Source: Octopus bimaculoides (Eukaryota). Taken from it: a stretch of DNA of 64,000 nucleotides. How positions within the stretch are numbered: the stretch's first letter is position 1; every line of letters begins with the position of its first letter. Position numbers and translations under genes: made by a program. The stretch covers positions 49,957,174 through 50,021,173 of the forward strand of contig NC_068982.1 in NCBI RefSeq assembly GCF_001194135.2, read 5' to 3'. The notes below the pieces were generated by a model, which did not search any database, was not told the origin of the DNA, and saw nothing but the letters and a program-made list of their open reading frames with translations. This document shows, in pieces, positions 39,711 to 53,124 of this stretch.

Positions 39711-41693
39711 ACACTCAACACAGCTCAGGCTGCTTATTGATGCAGAAAGTCTAGGTACAAGAATGGTTGTGTGGTTTAGAATCTCACTTTGCAACTACAT
39801 GGTTTCAGGTTCAGTCCCACAGCACAGTACCTTGGGCAAATGTCTTCTACTACGGTCCCTGACCAACCAATGTCTTGTGAGAGAATATGAAAGATGGATT
39901 TGTTTCTGTTACTATTACTACTACCATCACCATCACCACCAGTCACCACTGCCACCACCATCGCTACCACTACCACTGCCACCACCATCATTGCCACCAC
40001 TACCAAGCTGTCACCCCTTTCCCCTCCCCAGAGTATTGATATTATCACAGAATTTTAAAGAATCCACTCATTACATTCTGTAAAGTAGCTGGGGAACAAG
40101 CAGAGACAGCACAGAATATCAAAGGAGCAAGAGCATTTTTTGATATTGTCAAGAACCTGACAACCTGTCTAGGACTGATGCCACACAATAAAATGTGCCT
40201 GGTACATTTTATGAAGTGGCTGGGGTTAGGAAAACAAACAATAAATGAAATGTATGGAGGAAATTTGGTTTTCTGACCTGTCTAGGAAAAGCTGTTATCT
40301 GAATGGGAACTGATTTAGACGATGTCAAATTGTCCAACCCTTAATAAAAAGGAAAGTGGGCATAAAATATGCTATGATGATGATGATCATGAGCCTTCAG
40401 TTACCAAATTTTCTGGTATACAAGTCCACATAGTATACGCACTGGCACGACAAGGGTTCCAATTGATCCGATCAACAGAACAGCCTGCTCATGAAATTAA
40501 TGTGCAAGTGGCTGAGCATTCCACAGATAAGTGTATCCTTAACATAGTTCTCAGGGAGATTCAGTATGACAAAGAATGTGACAAGGCTGGCCCTTTGAAA
40601 TACAGGTACTACTCATTTTTACCAGCTGAGCAGACTGGAGCAACATGCAATAAAGTGTCTTGCTCAAGGACACAATGCATCACCAGGAATTGAACTCACA
40701 ACCTTATGATCATGACCCAAATACCCTGACTACTAAACCATGCACCATCAGAATACAGTATAAACATTCAGTGTAAACATTCAAACATTGTTGTTACCTC
40801 TCTCCAAATCTTGCTACATTTCACATAGAATTTTCGGACCTTTCAAGTCACCTTGGTGTGTAAGTTGATCTACAGTGTGACCCAAAAGTAGGTTTACAGT
40901 TATTCAACTATCTCTTTCACATTCATATATTAACAGTTTACATCTTAATTATAGAAAAATATTAAATCATTATTCTATGCTAATTTAGTTAATTTTGTCA
41001 AGCTCCCTTTTCAGTTTATAAGATAGAAATTTAAATGTAATAAAATGTTTTAAAGGAAACTTTAAGAGCCTACATAATAACTGTAAACCTACTTTTGGGC
41101 CATCCTGTACATTTTATGGCTGTGTATTTTGGTCAGAAATTTCAACTTGTATACTGCAAAATACAGTACTTAAGCTTGGCTAGACATTGTCTTTCATACA
41201 TTTTGAATTTCTCAATGATAATCACTAAGGTCATGTGGGTTAAGAAAAATTTAATTAGGTAAACGACAAGTTGACGTAGCTGATTAGGAAAACAACTAAA
41301 TAACATCCATTCATTGATTTTATGCTTGATTTGAAATTATCTTTTTATAATTTACATTTTTTTCAAAATCTTTTATTACTCAATTAAAATTTAGATAATA
41401 AAACACTGGAATCTGAACTGTGAATGATCAATGTTAATTCTCTGAGAAGGGCAAGAATAACTTGAATATGTTTGACTCTGTTGACATCAGATGTGTGTAA
41501 ACATGAAGCACAGTCACTAACTCATCATAAGAGCAGAAACTTCTAGAACCACTTTATTTGTATCAAATCAAATATTTAATTTTATGTAATATTCTACTAA
41601 GTTTCTACTAAAAACTAAAATTAAATTTAAGTTTTACACAATTAACTAAAATCGGCATTATTCCATCCATCAATCTCCATCTTTTCTACCTAC

Positions 41694-41819
41694 TATTTCT
41701 GGAAGGGTTGTGGGAGCAGTAGATTCTTCAGGCATCCCTTCCATCATTAAACATGGAATCATTATTAAACATAGGATCCCAAGCATGACCAATTGAGATG
41801 ATGGATATTGTCCAACCAT
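41694..41819 (-). CDS. Candidate alternative first exon with hydrophobic N-terminal stretch (MVGQYPSSQLVMLGILCLIMIPCLMMEGMPEESTAPTTLPEI)
   Basis: ATG at 41819, 42 codons, phase-0 donor |gtaggt; two octamers just upstream. No homology recognised. Confidence 0.25.
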
Positions 41820-43851
41820 CTCAGTCACGGTCTACTTTTAAGTCACCTGCCAGTTAGCTCAGCTTGATTTGCATATGCCATTATTTGCATATGTAATTAA
41901 CTGATCAATTTTACAAAGATCTGATGGTACATGATTTGATGTTTTCAAAAGTTATGCAATTAAGTGAAACATGCAATTATGAGGAATGAAGTTTAGCAGA
42001 GCCAACCATATCAGAATTATAATCATCGTCAGCATACCTATTTTACCATGTTGATTGTACGGCAACAGTCTTTATACCGAAATCTTGTGCTATCATCTCT
42101 TTGAGTTTCAGCCACTTTCAAATCTAAATCAACTCCTATTAAGACCTGTACAACCTGAAACTTATGAGGGTGCTTCAAAAGTAGTAGTCAACCAGCTAGA
42201 AAAAAGCAGCCAAATTTTCTTCAAATCTCGTTTTTGCATTTGGTGAATTCACTTGTTGAAACAAATTTTGGTGTGTCTTGGATGGGTCATTATGCCATTT
42301 AATAACACACACACATGTTCAATTCCACTTCTCTATTGTTAGTCAATTGATAAAATATCCAAGCAAGCAACTAACTGATTTGTTTGTTTAATGTGCAGGA
42401 GCAGACCTTGAAGCAAGAGAAGTCAATAACCCTTTGGCATTTAAACCAGCCATATCCAGCCAAAACTTTCTATTTGTTTTATGCTCCAACTGACCAGATC
42501 CAGGCTCTCACACCTACCCTACAATTTTATTCTACTTTAAACAATCACATCATCGAAATATCAAGGATATGAGATAATGCATGATTAATTCAAAACCCTT
42601 TCCCTTTCCTCTGTTAGGAGGCACAAGCATTTACACACACATGTGCACACAATGGAAAAACTTCTGCCAACCAAATTCAATTACAAAGCTTAAGTCAGCC
42701 CAAGACTATAGCAGAAGACACTTGCCCAAGGTGCCACGCATACAGTGGGTCTGAACCTGAAACCATGTGGCAGAGAAGCAAGCTTCCTAACCACACAGCC
42801 ATGCCTGCGCTAAGCATTATGTTTCATAGAATAACCTGAACACTAAAGAGTTAAGGTACTAAGTCATTGAAAAGGTTACAAACAGTGATGAAAGAAGTTT
42901 AACTAACAAACAATCAATTGATTTTTGTAACCTTACTTATTAAGCAAACGATTAATTAGTTAGTTGACTGGATACTTAACCAACTGACTAACAACAAAGA
43001 AGTGGAATTCAACCTGTGTGCATGCCCATATACATGCGTACCCATGCATGCACACATATATGCATGTGCTTGTGTGCATATGTACATGGAGATAAAGGTG
43101 TGCACATGTGACAGCAATATGATACCTCATATTTCTTGTTGATGGATACTGTGGGTTGGTAGATGATATGCAGTTTTTCATGGAGGTAATTAGAGGTGCC
43201 GGGTGAATATGGTGGCGACCAGTCAATAAAAATCCACTAGATGCTGGGTGTTTCGCCTGTCCATGTGTGTGTGTGTGTGTGTATGTATGTGCATGTGTGC
43301 CTTCATGTGTGTGTATCTGCCTGTCTGTCTGTGCATGTGTGTTTGTGTGCATGTGTGTTTGTGTGCATGTGTACGCACATGCGGATGGGTGAATGTACAT
43401 CTATGCACACGTACACACTCATATAAGCACTGAAACATACACACAAATATATGGATTATATATATGGAAATATATACATATATACCCCCACAACATCTAC
43501 TGCCCCTTCCTACCTCCCCCAACCACATGACCGATATCTTGTCCACCACGTGGCCAATTTCCTGTTCACCACGCAGTCGATTTCCTATTCACCATGCAGT
43601 ATTTTTCATCTAACTACTGTCGCTAAATACCAACATCAATACCATGTAACCTTTCACAGGCTATCGTCCAGTAATAAACATTGATTCTCTTCAATCGAAC
43701 CCACCCACATTCAGACTCCAATGGCCGAAGACTAGCCATGCGCTTGAAATTCAGAGTACCAAGGATTTTGAATCAAACTGTTTTGATCTGTATATGTAAC
43801 TCCCAATAAATTTGTTGAGCTCCCTTCATTTGTTTGTCTACTCACTCGTAT

Positions 43852-43890
<39 letters not shown>

Positions 43891-44697
43891 TACACACACA
43901 CACACACAAGGCTTTGGTCAGCCCAAAGCTATAGTAGAAGACATTTGTACAAGGTGCCACATAGAGGAATGGAATCTTGAACCATGTGGTTGAGAAGAAA
44001 ACTTAGTAAAAAAAAAAAATCAACATCTTACAAAAGAAGTCATTTATCTGTGGTCATGGGGAAATATTCCCTCCATGGGAACAGGAAACAGCATCTGATC
44101 GTAGAAAATCTACCTCAGTAAATTCTCTCTGACCCAAGCCTGGTACTTATTCTATCCTTCTCTTTTTGCTGAATTGCGAAGTTATGGGGACATAACCAAA
44201 CCAATACCATTTATCAAGCAGTGTGGCGGGGACAAACACAGACATGACACACACACACACACGTGATAAATTGAGAAACAGAGATAAGTGACAACTCTGT
44301 AAAGTTGAGAAACAGTGATGAGTGACCACTCTGTAAAGCATATAAGTGATCACATGATTGCTTATAAGCCATAAGCTTATAAATATCATTATCATTTACA
44401 CACAATGCACACACAACACACACAATACACACACATATATGTGACAGGCTTCTTGCAGTTTCTGTCTACCAAATCCCTTCATAAGACTTTGGTCAGCCCG
44501 AGGCAACAGTAGAAGACACTTGCTCAAGGTGTCATGCAGTGGGATTGAATCCTGAACTATGTGGTTGGGAAGCAAACCTCTTACCACACTGCCACGCCTG
44601 CACTTGTGTTGTTTTTTCTTAAAGAAATTAATGGAAAAATAAATCTCTACTTCAATCAATTATCTAACTTTATGTCAGTCTCAGCAAATGTAATTAA

Positions 44698-45076
44698 CCC
44701 TGTAGCATTCCAGATTACTCTGTCAAATATAATTCTAATTTATTCACCTTGTTTTGAATTAATCATGTATTATCTCATAGCTTTGAGAATTAGATTATGT
44801 GATTGTTTATTTTCAAAATTACATTGTAGGACAGGTGTGAGAGGCAGGATTTGGCTGGTTAAACCCTTTAGCATTCAGATTACTCTGTCAAGTATAATGC
44901 TTACTTATGCACATTGTTTTGAATTGACTATGCATTATCTTGTAGCTTTTGAAGATGTGGTTGTTTATTTTTAGAATCACACTGTAGGGTACATGTAAGA
45001 GACTGGATCTGGGTAGCCTGAACATAAAATAGGTAAAATATTTGGATTGGATATGACTGGTTTAAATGCTAAGGGG
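44698..45076. mobile_element. Two tandem piggyBac-like MITE copies (truncated plus full)
   Basis: ccctgtagcattccagattactctgtcaa at 44698 restarts at 44864; ends aatgctaaggggttaa. Confidence 0.7.
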
Positions 45077-46247
45077 TTAAAACCATAATTTCATTAAAAA
45101 AAATTCCTAAATACCAATATTGGAAGTGGAAAATCAAATAAAATACAGGTGAAAATATCTGCATAATATTTATTAAAACAGATATAAGTTAATGAAGTTT
45201 TTAAAATGTCTTCCATGCTGCATTGTTTTCTGAGTTAAGTCACATATCTTGGAACCAATTACTGATGTAACTTGAGTTATGCCTGTCATCATCATCATCA
45301 TCATTTAATGGCCTTTTTCCATGCTGGCATGGGTTGCACAGTTTGACCGGAGTTGGTAAGGCCAGGGGCTGCACCAGGCTCCAACATTTCTTCTGGCATG
45401 GTCTCTCCACAGATGGATGTCCTACCTAATGCCAACCGCTCCACAGAGTGTACTGGGTGCTTTTTATGTGGTACCAGTACTTTTAATGTAACACCAGCTC
45501 AAAAGCTTTTTATGTGGCACCAGCACAAAAGCTTTTTATGTGGCACCAGCACCAGTATCAATTCTGCTGGCGCAGATGGGTCTTCTTGAATACACACGTG
45601 CACCAGATATTTGGATCCTTAGTCATTTCTTTCATAAGGCTTAGTGTCTTGAGATCAGCATCAGGAAATATCCATTCAATATACGATTTCAAACAATTTA
45701 CACTGTGAATTAACCATCTCTGACAACATTGCGTATAAATCTATGAGCTTTAATATGGAAAAGCACCCACTACACTCTCTGAGTGGTTGGCGTTAGGAAG
45801 GGCATCCAGCTGTAGAAACTCTGCCAAATCAGACTGGAGCCTGGTGTTGCCATCCGGTTTCACCAGTCCTCAGTCAAATCGTCCAACCCATGCTAGCATG
45901 GAAAGCGGACGTTAAACGATTAAACGATGCTTGAATCATTCAACAGGGAACTTCAAAAAAGAAATAAAAAGTTTACTCTTGAATTAACTATCTCTGAGGA
46001 CATTGTATATAAATTTATGAACAAATAATACTGAAATATCTAAATCAGACAACATTAAGCTTCAAAATGTTTGTATTGGAATAACTATCTCTCTACAGAC
46101 ATGTGCATAAATTTTGTGAATGGCAATATTGAACAACTTGGAAGATGATTGTAAATTTCTTATAGCTTTCACACATTTAAAGCAAATTCAATAATTTTAA
46201 AGTTCTCAGACAAGAAGAAGAAGATAGAGAAAGACATGAGAACTTAC

Positions 46248-46312
46248 AGAAATTGGCATTTCGGTATTCATTGGGTTATCACTCCATTTCTTTCGAACTC
46301 GGCCAGTGGAAT
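46248..46312 (-). CDS. KATNIP: KATNIP/KIAA0556-like exon (most 5' found): (x)STGRVRKKWSDNPMNTEMPIS
   Basis: Acceptor ttcatttattgcag|, donor TTTCT|gtaagt; 65 nt, phase 1 in and phase 0 out, matching the next exon. RVRKKWS loosely resembles the recalled human N-terminus (LRKAERSWS). No upstream start exon was located. Confidence 0.6.
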
Positions 46313-46752
46313 CTGCAATAAATGAAATATGAATACAAATTCAGTTTAAAAGCAAAAGCAATATGTTGAACAATCTGTAGTAAAATATTTGGCAGAGAAT
46401 AACAAGATAGACAGCATTTTGTTTTGTTTTCTAGTTTCTTTCAGCAGCACTCCTAAGAACCAAATATTTAGTTTTAGTTCTTGGATTTAGCTACTTTGTA
46501 ACCAGATTTCTTATAAAATACATACTGTCTATGTATTTCAATTAATTTTGAAAATTAATCAAGAATTTTGAAGGAATAAAAAAAATACGTAACTTCTACA
46601 TGATTAAGCTGGTATCTAAAGTTTAACGAAAAGATTCTTAAACAATATTATCATAGAAGTGTGTGTGTGTGTATGTGTGTGTGTGTTCCCCTCCCCTCTC
46701 CAAAGCAAATTTCTTACCACACAGCCACAATGTATTTTCAAAATTAATTTAA

Positions 46753-46971
46753 CCCTTTAGCATTTAAACTGGCCATACTGGCCAAAATATTCTTTCTGCA
46801 TTATCTTCAAACTGAGAAGATCTGGCCTCTCACACGTACCCTCCAATGTCATTCTAATAATATACAATTACATCATTAAAATCTCAAATCTATGAGATAA
46901 TACATGATTAATTCAAAACAATGTAATCAAATAAGCATTACATTTGACAGAGTAATCTGAATACTAAAGGG
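46753..46971. mobile_element. piggyBac-like MITE (~219 bp)
   Basis: ttaa|ccctttagcattt ... aatactaaaggg|ttac; CCC/GGG ends with TTAA-type flanks. Related copies at ~6098-6300, ~17450-17660, 44698-45076 and ~57400-57547. Confidence 0.75.
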
Positions 46972-47029
46972 TTACACAGACAGGCAAAACCTTTTATTAA
47001 AATATGCCACAAATGGCAAGTCACAGTTA

Positions 47030-47590
47030 CCTTGACTCCTACCAATTTGTTCCAATGATGGCATACAACTCGAGGAGATCAATAACTTCAAGAACAGTGG
47101 GTCTAATGTTGCTGAGAGTAAGAAAGACTGCTTGGCATACAAAGGGAAAGCCTGGAATGCCTGCAACAAGCTCCACAACATTTAATAATAATCAAATATT
47201 TCAAAGTCGAAAGAAGCTGGTCTTCTTCGGGATATGTACAAAGAGTATTGTTCTCTGTGAAGTCAAAACTTGGACAATGAAGAAGAAGAGTTTAAGGTGA
47301 ATATACCAAGCTTCTCATGGTGGTGCAAAACATTTCATAGCATGAGCACAAACAGGAGATTTATGATGGACAGATTCCAGTCATCTCTTGTATTGCTGTT
47401 AAAGATGCAAAGTAGGCTTTGCTGGCCACTGCTATTGTGATTAATATCAGGTTATGTCAGATGTCATATTCTAGAGAGTTCTATGCTCTAATAGAGGACG
47501 AAGGCCTTTCAACTTCAATGTTGATGCTGAGAGAGACATGTGACATGGCACTGAAGGTCTACAAAAGTTAATGTGGAGAAGCGGTTTGGA
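47030..47590 (+). mobile_element. RTE/RTEX-like LINE 3' relic
   Basis: Fragments LEEINNFK, KGKAWNACNKLHNI, KKLVFFGICTKSIVLCEVKTWTM, FAGHCY and NRGRRP follow the RTE ORF2 C-terminus in order. Confidence 0.7.
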
Positions 47591-47900
47591 AAAGAAGAAG
47601 ACAAAGACAAAGAAGAAGAAAACATAGAAGACAAAGAAGAAGACATAGAAGACAAAGAAGAAGAAGACATAGAAGACAAAGAAGAAGAATTTGAAGATGA
47701 AGAAGACATAGAAGAAAAATACTTAGAAGATGAAGAAGACATAGAACATGAAGAATAAATACAAGATGCTAAAGAAGGCACAGATGACATAGAAGACAGC
47801 AAAGGAGGGGGAGGACAATGACGAGCAAGAAGAAGAAGAAACAAGATGAAGAAGAAATGAGGAGAACTGGAACACGATGAAGAAAAAGAACCAAACAACA
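47590..47900. repeat. GAA-rich low-complexity tract (gaagaagacatagaagacaaa-like units)
   Basis: Direct reading; it produces the D/E-rich ORF 47573..47758. Confidence 0.85.
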
Positions 47901-48817
47901 AAGTATATACTAACTGAAGGGAAAGAATTAGCAACACAACACTGCATTTTCCCAAAGATTTCAAGTTTTAGAATGCGTGTTGATAACCAGGAGAAGGATT
48001 ACAAGTCATTCTCAAATTCAATAATCACATGGATAATACTGCTATGATTTCATGAAATTTAATGTCTGTTTATGGATCAGTTGACATGCACTTTACAGTT
48101 CAATGTTAAACATATATAATTAAATGTAGTGTGGATCAATAAACCAGGCTTTAAAAGCCAATTGATAACATATTGTTGAGCCATAGTTGGACAATTTTTA
48201 GAAACCCTATATTACCAATAGGTTACAGAGGCTGCAAAATAAAGAACATTCCATTAATAAATACCAATGAATCACATAAAGAGGTGGGGAAAAAATCGAT
48301 AACAGAAAGCAAGCAGGACAGTAAGGGAGGGAGGGAGGGAGGGAGAAAAAGAGAGAATGGGAAAAAGAATAGAAAAATGNNNNNNNNNNNNNNNNNNNNN
48401 NNNNNNNNNNNNNNNNNNNNNNNNNNNNNNNNNNNNNNNNNNNNNNNNNNNNNNNNNNNNNNNNNNNNNNNNNNNNNNNNNNNNNNNNNNNNNNNNNNNN
48501 NNNNNNNNNNNNNNNNNNNNNNNNNNNNNNNNNNNNNNNNNNNNNNNNNNNNNNNNNNNNNNNNNNNNNNNNNNNNNNNNNNNNNNNNNNNNNNNNNNNN
48601 NNNNNNNNNNNNNNNNNNNNNNNNNNNNNNNNNNNNNNNNNNNNNNNNNNNNNNNNNNNNNNNNNNNNNNNNNNNNNNNNNNNNNNNNNNNNNNNNNNNN
48701 NNNNNNNNNNATATATATATATATAATTAAAATTTAGAGGTAATACTTGACAATTGTAAGCACCTGTGTATGCCAGCTAATGGTTGCGGTGTGTTGTTAT
48801 TTTTTGGATTTACAATT

Positions 48818-48857
<40 letters not shown>

Positions 48858-50507
48858 GGCTGTTAGGCCTTATTTCCATATACGCCAGCTTAATTTTATT
48901 CGTCCTTAGTCGAAAGACATTTGTTGTTTTGTCCTGTTATTATTCCTACTGTATGTGTACTACTGTATTTGTATAACATTGTTCGTTTTTATTCTGTCCT
49001 TGTTTTTGTATACATTTGCTCCTTTCTTCCAAGGAATCTAATGCTCTAAGCTTAGTTTTTCCTTGGAGCTGGCTAGATTGGAGCAATATCGAGAATAACC
49101 AACCGAAATTGCAACGATAATCTGGATCTCGACTGAAGAGAGAAAACTCCGAATGACCTGTATCTGTTTTCTTTGCATTGTCAATCTGGATGTTTTGTCC
49201 CTTTCTTCTATCACCTAACTGTCTTGATGTTTTGCATTCTTGTTCCATTCTGTATTATATATATATATATATATATATTCATCTATATATTTATATATAT
49301 TTACACACATATATATATATATATATTTACATTTATGTTTTTAGATATATATTTTCATTTCTTGTTGTAGAATACCCAACTCAGATAGTTTTTTGTTTGA
49401 GAATATTTTCGAGTATGTTTCGTTCTTTTCAAAGGATTTTTTTATTATGTTCAGAATTTCTTTAATTATGTTAGTTTTGATTTGGATCCCATAAGGGATA
49501 ATTGACCATATAATTTCCTTATGTTTATTATTATTATTAATATTACTATAATTATAAATCTTATTATTATTTTTATTCGTTGTCAGTGGATTCTTTGTGG
49601 GTATATAATAATTCTGTTTATTTCCGTTTGAATTATTTTTGGTATTATCCTTACCATAATCATTTTTCTTATTTTTCTTTATACATATATTATAATTATC
49701 TTTATTTATTTCCTTATATTGTTTATTATTATCTTTGCTATTACTTCTATATTTGGCTTGTACACCAACAAAGTTACCTTCCAAGGCACAAGTCCAGACA
49801 AATTTGTTTCTGGAATACCAGCAGCTGCCCATGCATACCAGACTCTCCTCTCTACACCACCAATGTTATCCAAAGGTAAGGCAAAGGCCAATACAGCTTG
49901 GCACTAGTGATGGTGCAAGTCATTCCTGCAGCTGAGTGAACGGGAACAATGTGAAATAAAGAGTCTTACTCAAGAACACAACCGACAGCGCAGTCCGGGA
50001 AACAAGCTCACTACCTCTCTCTCTCGCTCTCTGTATGTATGTATATATATATAATAAAGGTTATGAAGGGTATTGGAGTCAACCAAACCCTAAAGATACA
50101 GGCAATACCGAGTAAGTGCTGTATATTGACTAGTTATGCCCCTGTCGTAGCAACATGAATGGGGAATATAACATAAGTCGTGTATTAGTGTGTGTATGTA
50201 TAAATAAAGAAAAAGATAAAGAGACCAATGGCAAAGTTAGAATTATATATATATATATATATATATNNNNNNNNNNNNNNNNNNNNNNNNNNNNNNNNNN
50301 NNNNNNNNNNNNNNNNNNNNNNNNNNNNNNNNNNNNNNNNNNNNNNNNNNNNNNNNNNNNNNNNNNNNNNNNNNNNNNNNNNNNNNNNNNNNNNNNNNNN
50401 NNNNNNNNNNNNNNNNNNNNNNNNNNNNNNNNNNNNNNNNNNNNNNNNNNNNNNNNNNNNNNNNNNNNNNNNNNNNNNNNNNNNNNNNNNNNNNNNNNNN
50501 NNNNNNN

Positions 50508-50553
<46 letters not shown>

Positions 50554-51026
50554 GGGCCACGTGTTGTTCAATATATCATTCCTTTTTTTTATATATAATG
50601 GCAGTGTGTAATCAGAAGGAAGCTATTACTAGCAGGTCAAACAACAACATAAAGACTATCAAGATACATTGTGATGTTGTTAGCCATCAATTAGCCTGAA
50701 TAGAGTAGATCCATGATTCAATGATATTCTGACCATAACCATTCTATCTTTTAGCATATCTTGAACAATAGGATGTTTTTTTTTGTTTTGTTTTTTTTTT
50801 GTTTTTTTGCAATTAGATAGGAGGTAGTTTGGATATGTACATTAAACAGATGGTACATACTACATGAAAAAGTACCTTATGGCTGAGTGACTGAGACTAA
50901 GAGATGATACAGATGACTGAACAGGAGTGAAAGAGCATATAATATACATCAATCTGGTTTTGTACCATCTATCTTTTCCAGATCCTTCAGATTAGATTTT
51001 CAAAGTGGACAATATATATAATTGCA

Positions 51027-51059
<33 letters not shown>

Positions 51060-52810
51060 CTATTTGGAAATATTAGAGAAAAATAGGTGACCTCCAATCA
51101 GAAGTCAGCTGATTAATTACACTGACATCAATAGAGGAAAGGAAATGAAATGAAATACTCATTCAGTAAAACATTGATTAATTCCATTAATATTTTGGCC
51201 ACTATTTTAATTAACTAGCAGCAGAGTTCTTGTAACCAGTTTTGTAACTTTTATTCACATGCCATCAGAATACCTACTCCACACCTTCCCTAACCACAGA
51301 CCAATTTGCCAAGTTCAAGTACAAATCTTATGCAGACGTTTTTATTATGTTTTTAATTATAATATATATTTATAAATATACACTATATAATTCACTCACA
51401 AGGCTTTAGTTGGCCCCAGGCTATAGTAGGTCAAACGACTTCCGCTATAACCCTAGGCAAACCGCCTGTGAATGCATTTGATAAACCAAAGCCGAAAGAG
51501 ACCTAACATATATGAATACGTCTGTGTGTGTTTATCTGTAGGTGAATGAGTTTGTATGTCATGTTTACAGATGTGAGTTCATGTCCTATGGGCAGCCTTC
51601 AACTTTTCTATTCAAAATGCTTTTAACTCAATATTTACATATTTATTTATAGCTTTATCTGCTTCAAGGTTCACTGTCCCTAAAAAATGACAAAAAATGT
51701 GAAAAGCCTTCTGTCTTTAGCTTCATCCAATTTTAATTACTACCTCCACAACCCAAAACTTTTGAATCATTTCAATTCTTGCATGGATGTTCTTGATCAC
51801 CAGACCTTCCCACACTGCATACTTCATTGAATTGGGGTAAATGACCTTGGGATTGCACCTACAAAGTCACCCTGCAAAGCACAAGTCTGGACAAGAAAGT
51901 TTTTGTGGGGACCAGCAGTCGTTTATGCATACCAGCCTTCCCTCTCCACACCACAGATATTATCCAAGGGAAAAGCAAAGGCCAATACAGCTTGGAACCA
52001 GTGATGTCACAATTCATTTTTACAGCTGAGTGAACTAGAGCAATGTGAAATAAAGTGTCTTGCTCAAGAACACAACATACAACTCGGTCCAGGAATCAAA
52101 CGCACTACCTCATGATTTGTGAGCCTGATGCTCTAACCACTGAGCCATGCACCTTCACAGAACTACTATACATAGTTACATGTGAACTAGTGTCCTCACC
52201 TTGGTTGCTATAGTCACACGGATTCAACTATGGTACTCACCAGCCTTCATCAGGAACCCACTGTATTTGTATTCAGTAATGTTTCTGGAATGGTGTTGAA
52301 CCCTTTTTGAATCCATAAGTGTCAATTGTTATTATTGCAGTGTCCAAACCAGTGATATTCTCATATTCATTACTATTGCAATATTCTAATATCGGTTTCA
52401 AATTTTGACACAAGGCCACCAATGTTAAGGCAGGGGGTAAGTCGTTCACATCAACCACAGTGCTCAACTAGTACTTATTTTATCAACCCATAATGAATGT
52501 AAAGCAAAGTCGACCTCAGCTGAATTTGAACTCAGAACAGACAAAATGCCAGTAAACATTTTACCCAGTGTGCCAACAATTCTGAGAGCTCATTGCCTTA
52601 TATTATCTTAATATTACAGTATCCCTGGTATGGACAACAGAATAAGAATAATTCATTCCTGTGGATTTCACAAAAGATTTGATTCAAAACCCTTAGGATG
52701 TGACCAAATATGACAGGCACCTGAAGAAGTTTGAGAGTATAATGGCTGATATGCTGTGGCTATACCAACTGAAATGAGATTACTAATCTTAATATATAGC
52801 TCACTCACAC

Positions 52811-52850
<40 letters not shown>

Positions 52851-53124
52851 TTCATGTGCCTTGCCTATTTTGCAGGTGTTAAAGCTGATGGAAGATTTAT
52901 AAATATTCTTGGAAAAGGTACAGCAGAGGTTTCAATTACTCTCTGGTGATTTATTCAGAGTTCACTCAACTCATTTTTTGCTCTTCTTAGCTGACTTTTA
53001 AGGTGCACAACCTATTTAACCTTTAGGCCATGGGACTGGTTCATGTAACATCAGAATATGTAGTATTAGGTATGCTATGTCGCAAAAAAAAAAAATTAGT
53101 CACAGCTGTAGTGCTTTTGATCAT

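Noticed and set aside
43520-43850. Penelope-like or LTR-like terminal segment
   Set aside because: Repeat-like in composition with an AATAAA, but no second copy, TSD or coding motif is visible to classify it.
47573-47758. Acidic D/E-rich ORF
   Set aside because: Translation of a GAA-rich repeat tail following a LINE relic; no splice signals.
49084-49165. Hammerhead-ribozyme-like motif (tcgaga...tctcga-CTGAAGA-gagaaaactc-cGAA)
   Set aside because: Stem II is out of register, GAAA is GAAT and no stem III partner follows. It sits in an unclassified repeat; an Infernal scan of the family consensus would be needed.
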